Source: Nemertoderma westbladi
Lineage: Eukaryota > Animalia > Xenacoelomorpha
NCBI GenBank assembly: GCA_032718475.1
Contig: JAUCBJ010000845.1
Coordinates: forward strand, 1 to 43,720
Length of the DNA: 43,720 nucleotides
Direction: 5' to 3'
The translations under genes were made by a program, and so were the position numbers. The notes beneath the pieces are model-generated. The model worked only from the letters and a program-made list of their open reading frames with translations, was not told where the DNA came from and did no database searches. Shown here piece by piece: positions 15,001-24,558 of the stretch. The first letter of the stretch is position 1. Every line of letters starts with the position of its first letter.

Positions 15001-17859
15001 CAGAAACTTTTGGGAACTTCTTTCAGAATCTATTGGGAACTTCATTCAGAAACTATTGGGAACTTCTTTCAGAAACTATTGGGAACTTCTTTCAGAATCT
15101 ATTGGGAACTTCTTTCAGAAACTATTGGGAACTTCTTTCAGAATCTATTGGGAACTTCTTTCAGAAACTTTTGTGAACTTCTTTCAGAAACTATTGGGAA
15201 CTTCTTTCAGAAACTATTGGGAACTTCTTTCAGAAACTATTGGGAACTTCATTCAGAAACTATTGGGAACTTCTTTCAGAAACTATTGGGAACTTCTTTC
15301 AGAAACTATTGGGAACTTCTTTCAGAAACTATTGGGAACTTCTTTCAGAAACTATTGGGAACTTCTTACAGAATCTATTGGGAACTTCTTACAGAATCTA
15401 TTGGGAACTTCTTTCAGAAACTTTTGGGAACTTCTTTCAGAAACTATTGGGAACTTCTTTCAGAAACTATTGGGAACTTCTTAAAGAAACTATTGGGAAC
15501 TTCTTTCAGAAACTATTGGGAACTTCTTTCAGAAACTATTGGGAACTTCTTTCAGAAACTATTGGGAACTTCTTACAGAATCTATTGGGAACTTCTTTCA
15601 GAAACTAGTGGGAACTTCTTTCAGAATCTATTGGGAACTTCTTTCAGAAACTTTTGGGAACTTCTTTCAGAATCTATTGGGAACTTCATTCAGAAGCTAT
15701 TGGGAACTTCTTTCAGAAACTATTGGGAACTTCTTTCAGAAACTATTGGGAACTTCATTCAGAAACTATTGGGAACTTCATTCAGAAACTTTTGGGAACT
15801 TCTTTCAGAATCTATTGGGAACTTCATTCAGAAGCTATTGGGAACTTCTTTCAGAAACTATTGGGAACTTCTTTCAGAAACTATTGGGAACTTCATTCAG
15901 AAACTATTGGGAACTTCATTCAGAAGCTATTGGGAACTTCTTTCAGAAACTATTGGGAACTTCTTTCAGAATCTATTGGGAACTTCATTCAGAAGCTATT
16001 GGGAACTTCTTTCAGAAACTATTGGGAACTTCTTTCAGAAACTATTGGGAACTTCATTCAGAAACTATTGGGAACTTCTTACAGAAAATATTGGGAACTT
16101 CTTACAGAATCTATTGGGAACTTCTTTCAGAATCTATTGGGAACTTCATTCAGAAACTATTGGGAACTTCTTTCAGAAACTATTGGGAACTTCTTACAGA
16201 ATCTATTGGGAACTTCTTTCAGAAACTAGTGGGAACTTCTTTCAGAAACTATTGGGAACTTCTTTCAGAAACTTTTGGGAACTTCTTTCAGAAACTATTG
16301 GGAACTTCTTTCAGAAACTATTGGGAACTTCATTCAGAAACTATTGGGAACTTCTTTCAGAAACTATTGGGAACTTCTTACAGAATCTATTGGGAACTTC
16401 TTTCAGAAACTAGTGGGAACTTCATTCAGAAACTATTGGGAACTTCTTACAGAAACTATTGGGAACTTCTTTCAGAAACTATTGGGAACTTCTTTCAGAA
16501 TCTATTGGGAACTTCTTTCAGAAACTATTGGGAACTTCTTTCAGAAACTATTGGGAACTTCATTCAGAAACTATTGGGAACTTCTTTCAGAAACTATTGG
16601 GAACTTCTTTCAGAAACTATTGGGAACTTCTTTCAGAAACTATTGGGAACTTCTTTCAGAAACTATTGGGAACTTCATTCAGAAACTAATTGGAACTTCT
16701 TTCAGAAACTATTGGGAACTTCTTTCAGAAACTATTGGGAACTTCTTTCAGAAACTATTGGGAACTTCTTTCAGAAACTATTGGGAACTTCATTCAGAAA
16801 CTATTGGGAACTTCTTTCAGAAACTATTGGGAACTTCTTTCAGAAACTATTGGGAACTTCTTACAGAATCTATTGGGAACTTCTTACAGAATCTATTGGG
16901 AACTTCTTTCAGAAACTTTTGGGAACTTCTTTCAGAAACTATTGGGAACTTCTTTCAGAAACTATTGGGAACTTCATTCAGAAACTATTGGGAACTTCTT
17001 TCAGAAACTATTGGGAACTTCTTACAGAATCTATTGGGAACTTCTTTCAGAAACTATTGGGAACTTCTTTCAGAATCTATTGGGAACTTCTTTCAGAAAC
17101 TTTTGGGAACTTCTTTCAGAAACTATTGGGAACTTCTTTCAGAAACTATTGGGAACTTCTTTCAGAAACTATTGGGAACTTCTTTCAGAAACTATTGGGA
17201 ACTTCTTACAGAATCTATTGGGAACTTCTTTCAGAATCTATTGGGAACTTCTTTCAGAATCTTTTGGGAACTTCTTTCAGAAACTATTGGGAACTTCTTT
17301 CAGAAACTATTGGGAACTTCATTCAGAAACTATTGGGAACTTCTTTCAGAAACTATTGGGAACTTCTTTCAGAATCTATTGGGAACTTCTTTCAGAAACT
17401 AGTGGGAACTTCTTTCAGAATCTATTGGGAACTTCTTTCAGAAACTTTTGGGAACTTCTTTCAGAATCTATTGGGAACTTCATTCAGAAACTATTGGGAA
17501 CTTCTTTCAGAAACTATTGGGAACTTCTTTCAGAAACTATTGGGAACTTCATTCAGAAACTATTGGGAACTTCTTTCAGAAACTATTGGGAACTTCTTAC
17601 AGAATCTATTGGGAACTTCTTTCAGAAACTAGTGGGAACTTCTTTCAGAATCTATTGGGAACTTCTTTCAGAAACTTTTGGGAACTTCTTTCAGAATCTA
17701 TTGGTAACTTCTTTCAGAAACTATTGGGAACTTCTTTCAGAAACTATTGGGAACTTCTTTCAGAAACTATTGGGAACTTCTTTCAGAAACTATTGGGAAC
17801 TTCTTTCAGAAACTATTGGGAACTTCTTTCAGAATCTATTGGGAACTTCTTTCAGAAAC
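1..17859. repeat. 23-bp tandem satellite, consensus TCAGAAACTATTGGGAACTTCTT, about 776 monomers, open at the left window edge
   Basis: Directly visible. Monomers differ only by recurrent substitutions (ttcATtc, ttctTAc, gaaTct, actTtt, actaGt, ggTaa, gaaGct). Two monomers are 10 bp short (after 4010 and 11107). The array ends at ...ttcagaaac|cagag at 17859. Confidence 0.99.
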
Positions 17860-18418
17860 CAGAGTTTGGATTCTTTAAGAATTCCTTTTCATCTTCAGTA
17901 GAATCTCGACCTAAAATTTCGTTTCGATGAGGAAATCGCCCGAAGAGTTTAATTATATCTCTATGTCTTTTAAACTTAACAGCTCCTACTTCCCCGAATG
18001 ACGCATCCCGAAATTTCTTGGAGAGTTCTACAGCATAATCTTGATGATCTAAACTCTCACTGTGCACAAAAGGCATATATAAAAATGCTCGCTCCATAGG
18101 ACTAAGCGATTCGTCGTATCCTTTCTCCATAGCTTCTTTAGCAATCTCTAAGGCAAGTGCATCTGTGGCGAATATTTCCGGAGTCCCTCGAAACATATTG
18201 CGAGGAAATTGATCCCACAGAATAATTTGAGCCAAACAGTTTCGAGGAGAATTCTTCCATAAACCGCCTCGCTCACATGCCTTTTGGTAGGTAAGGAGAA
18301 ATCGGTCGGTAATTTCTTTATCGAAACTGTCATCTTTACCAAACCAATACTCTATTGATACGTTTTCAGGAAACCAGAAATCCAAAACTTCTTCTGCTGT
18401 AACAATGTCACGATTCAT
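17852..18418 (-). CDS. DUF924 family protein (TPR-like, bacterial-type), 188 aa, intronless
   Basis: Family motifs EVLDFWF, FDKEITDRF, LAQIILWDQFPRNMFRGT, ERAFLYMPFVHSESL, HRDIIKLFGRFPHRNEILGRDST. First ATG is at 18418 (the ORF track starts at an upstream TTG). The stop TGA is the tca at 17852-17854. Confidence 0.92.
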   Translation of the reverse strand: MNRDIVTAEEVLDFWFPENVSIEYWFGKDDSFDKEITDRFLLTYQKACERGGLWKNSPRNCLAQIILWDQFPRNMFRGTPEIFATDALALEIAKEAMEKGYDESLSPMERAFLYMPFVHSESLDHQDYAVELSKKFRDASFGEVGAVKFKRHRDIIKLFGRFPHRNEILGRDSTEDEKEFLKNPNSGF

Positions 18419-18477
18419 TGTAACAAACAACTGATATAATTAATTATATCCTAGAATTTACTGTTACACAACAAAAT

Positions 18478-18830
18478 TACTATTGTAACTACAACCCCCC
18501 CCCCCCCCCCCCCCCCCACGGGGGTGGTATATGGTTTAACCCCCCCACCCCCCCCCCCCACGGGGGTGGTATATGGTTTAACTCCCCCCCCCCCCCCCCT
18601 TAGGGCAGAACTCCTCAAAAACATACTAAATACAACTAACAATAGTAACTAATTAATAAACTAAATAGTAACTAGTTAATTACAATAGTAACTACAACCT
18701 CCCCTCCCCACAGGGGTGGTATATGGTTTAACCACCCCCCCCCCCCCCCTCCCCCCCCCCCTTGTTAACTCCACCCCCCCCCCCCCCCCCCCCCCCCCTT
18801 AGAAGTCCTCCAAAACATACTAAAATAAAA
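18478..18830. repeat. Poly-C-rich duplicated element with three copies of CAC(G/A)GGGGTGGTATATGGTTTAAC between C tracts
   Basis: The motif occurs near 18517, 18559 and 18709. Two larger units both start aactacaac and end in caaaacatactaaa-like sequence (about 18620 and 18815). Confidence 0.8.
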
Positions 18831-19693
18831 TACTAAATCACATACACTTTGTACATACAGACATAGTCGGTTTATTGTGGGTAATTGAAAAGAATGTTTA
18901 CTCGATTGTTACTATTGGTTTCCAAATTGGCAACGTTTAATAATATCATTGATAATTATTCATTATTTTAAGCCAATTTAAGGGATTTATATTGTTACCT
19001 ATGTTTCAGCAATAAAGATTGGACTAGAAATAAATACATGGATGGAAGTTAAACAAAGATTTTACAAAAAATTGCATTTGTATTTTCACGAAAAATGGTG
19101 GATTTTACTTTACAATATTGTGCGTGGAAAAAGAAAAACTGTATTATTATATTTACCCAACATTACATAACAATGTATTTTTTTCAAATGAATTAATTTT
19201 TTACCTTCAAATAGACTACAGTGATACATCTCCTAACGGCGGACGTTCCTGTAGAGTTTCACTACTAGGCCCTTCTGCTCAACCAACATCTATCTGCTAT
19301 TATTAGATTTGCAGTGTGCGATTTCTTTTTGTTTGTATATTAATAAGTCCCTTCCGCCATTGTTGTTTCTAGTCTCTTAAACGCGGTAGTAGTATTCCTA
19401 TTATATATTGCAATATGCCTAATATCGAACAAAAAAAACATTAATTTGACAGTCGGGGGTGAGTCGGAAATATAGCACTAGTGGACTAATACAAAAGTAA
19501 ATAATACTGTTCAAACATCGTGATTACAAGTCTCATATTGATAATTAATGTAAATGGAATTCATTCCAAATTATTTATGTTTAGAATTTGGCAACAAACT
19601 TTCTACAAACTTCATTTCCACACCTTCCAAACAATGACTAATGTTATCGCCGTTCCTTTCATACTTTTGAGATATAAACATAGCAATAAAAAA

Positions 19694-20258
19694 GCAGGGA
19701 AGATTTAAACAAGGCAGGGAAAGATTTAAACAAGGCAGGGAAAGATTTAAACAAGGCAGGGAAAGATTTAAACAAGGCAGGGAAAGATTTAAACAAGGCA
19801 GGGAAAGATTTAAACAAGGCAGGGAAAGATTTAAACAAGGCAGGGAAAGATTTAAACAAGGCAGGGAAAGATTTAAACAAGGCAGGGAAAGATTTAAACA
19901 AGGCAGGGAAAGATTTAAACAAGGCAGGGAAAGATTTAAACAAGGCAGGGAAAGATTTAAACAAGGCAGGGAAAGATTTAAACAAGGCAGGGAAAGATTT
20001 AAACAAGGCAGGGAAAGATTTAAACAAGGCAGGGAAAGATTTAAACAAGGCAGGGAAAGATTTAAACAAGGCAGGGAAAGATTTAAACAAGGCAGGGAAA
20101 GATTTAAACAAGGCAGGGAAAGATTTAAACAAGGCAGGGAAAGATTTAAACAAGGCAGGGAAAGATTTAAACAAGGCAGGGAAAGATTTAAACAAGGCAG
20201 GGAAAGATTTAACAAGGCAGGGAAAGATTTAAACAAGGCAGGGAAAGATTTAAACAAG
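19694..20258. repeat. 21-bp minisatellite AAACAAGGCAGGGAAAGATTT, about 27 copies
   Basis: Directly visible and near-perfect, with 1-bp deletions in the first partial unit and near 20210. Confidence 0.98.
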
Positions 20259-20329
20259 CTGTGACAATGATTTATTAAGACAGATAATGATGGAAATTTC
20301 TCAAACCCATTGTTAAAAAAGTTAAAAAT

Positions 20330-20470
20330 ATTCTCAATTTATGGAAATGAGCTGGTTACAATGGCACGTTATTCTAACCAAAACAATAAACTAAAGTCAA
20401 TAGAACAGGTTACAGTTTTATTTTTAGGAATAATCAGCTGTTATTTGAGTCGAATTTTGATTGCGTCGAT
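20330..20470 (+). repeat. Dispersed repeat family A, copy 1 (probable non-autonomous transposon fragment)
   Basis: ggttacaatggcacgttattctaaccaaaacaataaactaaa...tagaacaggttacagttttattttt...cagctgttatt..gagtcgaattt closely matches 40084-40190. Confidence 0.85.
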
Positions 20471-21886
20471 ATATTAGGAAGTATAGTAGGTCTAATAATA
20501 GAAAATGACACATCAATTTCAGGATGAGAAATAGCTACCGTGCATTACGGAGTTATAAACCTTCTTCAAACCAAAAACAGGTTAAAAGTCAAAAAATAAA
20601 AACGGACAACCCAGCGAAAAAACGTTTATAATTACAGTATATATATATTATTTACGATAATTTATTAAAATTATTGTAGAAATACGTGGCGGATCAGCTT
20701 CACTTCTCGAAAAAATAAGACACTTGCCCGGAAGGTGCGGTGGCCCCAATGTCTGCCCATGCATGGTTCCAGTTCTCTTGTAACTATGCCTTATTAGTAA
20801 CTGCCAAATCTCTAGTTTTTATTTTATTTTTCGATAAAAACCTTTATTTCATAAGTAGGCCTACTCTACAACTGCTTCCCCGAATGTTCGAAACATATAA
20901 AATATATTTGACAGAACAAGTACCTATATTATTCAAAATCATGTATTATAATGAAGTTATGTGAAAATACTTTTACTATTTTATTTGACTAGAGAGCCAG
21001 CAAGCTGGCTGGAAGGAGCCCGGGGGGAAGAATCCTAGCCAATACTAAACTAAACAATTGTCTAAATGGTGTGATGATACATAGCTGACTTTGTGGCTTG
21101 CCCCACATAATAAAAAATTAAACTTTGCTGCCACTAACAACCGAATATTTATAAGAAAATGCCCATGATTCACAACCAGATAAATAACAAGTTAGATTTA
21201 CCAGTACAGGTACGGTTACCTTTCTTTTTGAAAACCATTAGATTTAACAATTAATAGAAGTCTAGGTCGCGGCGAAAAATAATAACGCAAATTAAACAAC
21301 CATACAATCGGCCTACATACTTTTTTATTATTCGAAATAAATTCGCTAACAGAAAATATCTAAACTAATTTATTTATTTACTAATTAATCTAAACGAGAA
21401 GGTGAACAATTGTTTCTACACAATTAATTATGACGACTTTTATGGGATATGTAATATTTACTGTTCAATAATAATTTACAATCTCCCATTCCAACACATT
21501 CCCAGAGAGTAATAATATCATCAATATAACAAACTAAGTGGATTATAATTCGATTTCTTCAGCCAACTCCGATAGCTATTTTTCTGAAATTTATATTGCT
21601 AATTTAATTATTTGGCATATTCTGTTTGTGGCGCAGACTATAATAATAATAACATTGTTGACATACAGTCTTTGAACCTTTCAGTCTTTCTCAGCAGTAC
21701 TTTGTGGCTCGTCCCACATAATAAAAACTGAAACTTTGCTATGACAACACACCCGGTTCTTTTAAATTTGCGTGATTTGATTTATGCTCGCACCACTATT
21801 TGTAAGAAATATTAAAACTTATCTTACAGTATGCCAATGTAGTAATGGTATTAAAATATAATTAAATTAATTTACACTATTAATGC

Positions 21887-21937
21887 TTCAGCTAAAAAAT
21901 CGTTTCAGCTAAAAAATCGTTTCAGCTAAAAAATCGT
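21887..21937. repeat. 17-bp tandem repeat TTCAGCTAAAAAATCGT x3
   Basis: Three perfect copies at 21887, 21904 and 21921. Confidence 0.95.
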
Positions 21938-22299
21938 ATGTAATAAAAAAAATAAGAATATTTTTAATATGTGTATATGTAATATAGGTATTACTGCTAA
22001 GTTAGGCAGTAGGCCAGAGCGGGCTCCTTAAATACATGCAACTACTGTATTATAGTGTAGGTCAACTATAAAACATTTTGCAATCCACAGTGAGTATCGA
22101 CTGCAATAGGACACAACACACTGCTTTGTGTAACTAAAATTCATTCTCCTGATCCACCCCCTAACATAGCAGAGTGAGTAACCTTATTGTAGATATACCC
22201 TTAGGAAGCACTGGGAGAGCAATCAGCTTATGGGGTAATACATTAGAAACCAACAGCTTTTGTGTGAGTAAACATTGACTTTCCTTATAGCCTACTAGT

Positions 22300-23623
22300 A
22301 AAACTTGGCAACCAATACGTTTTACTATGACTGTGTATAACATATTAAGCCATATTTCATCATGAACACCAGCTGTTATTTTACCATTGCTTTTAATTTC
22401 GCGACAAAACAATGTCAAAAAACTAAATATATCGAATACCACACATAGAATCGATCTGAAATTTTGTAACGCGATTATGAACCTCAAAAGCAATGTACTT
22501 GCAAAATTTCATCAAAATCGCCAGGCAGGAAGTGCCTTAACCTAGATAATTATCAGTCAGTCAGTGTCAGTCAATGTAATGTATCCTGAAGATTCTTACA
22601 GTAAGTATCCCGCTGTCAAGCGGGCTCCTAAAAACTTGGCAACCAATACGTTTTACTATGACTGTGTATAACATATTAAGCCATATTTCATCATGAACAC
22701 CAGCTGTTATTTTACCATTGCTTTTAATTTCGCGACAAAACAATGTCAAAAAACTAAATATATCGAATACCACACATAGAATCGATCTGAAATTTTGTAA
22801 CGCGATTATGAACCTCAAAAGCAATGTACTTGCAAAATTTCATCAAAATCGCCAGGCAGGAAGTGCCTTAACCTAGATAATTATCAGTCAGTCAGTGTCA
22901 GTCAATGTAATGTATCCTGAAGATTCTTACAGTAAGTATCCCGCTGTCAAGCGGGCTCCTAAAAACTTGGCAACCAATACGTTTTACTATGACTGTGTAT
23001 AACATATTAAGCCATATTTCATCATGAACACCAGCTGTTATTTTACCATTGCTTTTAATTTCGCGACAAAACAATGTCAAAAAACTAAATATATCGAATA
23101 CCACACATAGAATCGATCTGAAATTTTGTAACGCGATTATGAACCTCAAAAGCAATGTACTTGCAAAATTTCATCAAAATCGCCAGGCAGGAAGTGCCTT
23201 AACCTAGATAATTATCAGTCAGTCAGTGTCAGTCAATGTAATGTATCCTGAAGATTCTTACAGTAAGTATCCCGCTGTCAAGCGGGATCCTAAAAACTTG
23301 GCAACCAATACGTTTTACTATGACTGTGTATAACATATTAAGCCATATTTCATCATGAACACCAGCTGTTATTTTACCATTGCTTTTAATTTCGCGACAA
23401 AACAATGTCAAAAAACTAAATATATCGAATACCACACATAGAATCGATCTGAAATTTTGTAACGCGATTATGAACCTCAAAAGCAATGTACTTGCAAAAT
23501 TTCATCAAAATCGCCAGGCAGGAAGTGCCTTAACCTAGATAATTATCAGTCAGTCAGTGTCAGTCAATGTAATGTATCCTGAAGATTCTTACAGTAAGTA
23601 TCCCGCTGTCAAGCGGGCTCCTA
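22300..23623 (+). mobile_element. Four head-to-tail copies of a 331-bp unit with non-autonomous Helitron/Helentron-like features
   Basis: Units start at 22300, 22631, 22962 and 23293 and are near-identical (one C>A seen in copy 3). Each has an internal (CAGT)n microsatellite and a 3' hairpin CCCGC-TGTCAA-GCGGG just before CTAA. The tandem is certain; the Helitron class is inferred. Confidence 0.7.
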
Positions 23624-23881
23624 ATAACTGTGGATTAGATAGTCAAAAAACAATAATAAAAATTAATGATAATGATAATAACTGAACTAAAATGATATTA
23701 TATGCCTAACCATACATAAACTGGGGTGTCGACCGAAACAAATAATATAATATGATGTAAAGCAGGAAAGTCAAGACTAATAGTCAGTAACCTGGTGTCA
23801 GTCTAATTAATACATTGAGTGAACACAATTAATTATTACTAGCGCTTGAGTTCTATTTGTCTGGTTGTTGTGTGTTACAGT

Positions 23882-24084
23882 GGGTGTAAACGCTACGCCG
23901 ACAACCACTGCCGACAACAGCAAAAATGAAAATGTAACTTGAGTTCGTGACTCTCGTTTATTGTTTTGGTTAGAATAACCTTACACTGTAACCTGTTCCT
24001 TTCCCTCAATTAATAATTAACATTAATTAGCTTTAATAATGGTTGTCGGCGTTGGTGTCGGCTGTCGGCGTAGCATTTACACCC
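23882..24084. mobile_element. 203-bp MITE, Mutator-like (22-bp TIRs, 9-bp TSD)
   Basis: Left TIR GGGTGTAAACGCTACGCCGACA and right TIR TGTCGGCGTAGCATTTACACCC differ by one mismatch. TSD TGTTACAGT lies at 23873-23881 and 24085-24093. Confidence 0.9.
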
Positions 24085-24558
24085 TGTTACAGTTCCCATT
24101 GGCAAAAGCACGTCTTAGGTTCAGCGCTATGAACATAAAAGCTTAAAATACAAACGTGAACGTGTAAAAAAATCAAAATGTAAAAAAATCAATATAAAAA
24201 TAGATACGTGTTGTAAGAAATGTTAAATAAACTCGAAGTCAACCAGAATGTGGCACACTTTGGCAAATTATGCACGAATTTGTTACCTTTTCAGCATTAA
24301 GAAACCACCAAAAATTAATTAGAAATTTTTGTTACCTACAAAACATAATAAATAAAAACAATATTAATAAATACATGTTGTTAACTAAAGCTAGAATTCG
24401 GTGGCGAAAGGATTCCATCAGTAAGATTGTTTGTTTCTTAAATATAATTATTACTGATGCTGAAACGACGTTAAATTTGAGAACAATTTAGTAGAAAATT
24501 CGAAAATTTGAAATTTTATCAGCGTTTCGTTGAACATGACAGAATTTAGTGGATTAAA

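Noticed and set aside
1-17859. CRISPR array or telomere repeat
   Set aside because: There are no unique spacers. The monomer has equal G and C with no TTAGGG-like strand skew, and it shows kb-scale duplicated variant patterns not expected from telomerase synthesis.
1-17859. Transcription-factor-like motifs in the monomer (TGGGAA CSL-like, GGGAACTTC NF-kB-like, TTCAGAA)
   Set aside because: These are short, imperfect matches. Spacing does not fit HSE or STAT consensus, and there is no functional evidence.
11-17930. Dozens of long + strand ORFs encoding (GTSFRNYWELLSETIGNFFQKLL)n
   Set aside because: The 23-mer simply lacks stops on this strand, so all three frames give the same peptide. Starts are TTG, and variants create stops with no sign of codon-level constraint.
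18451-18642. Gly-rich 63-aa ORF
   Set aside because: It is a translation of poly-G tracts.
21088-21740. Imperfect direct repeat of about 42 bp (21088 and 21699)
   Set aside because: Too short and diverged to call LTRs, with no internal coding signal.
22161-23486. Four repeated 85-110 aa ORFs
   Set aside because: They are by-products of the 331-bp tandem unit, with TTG starts and no recognisable domain.
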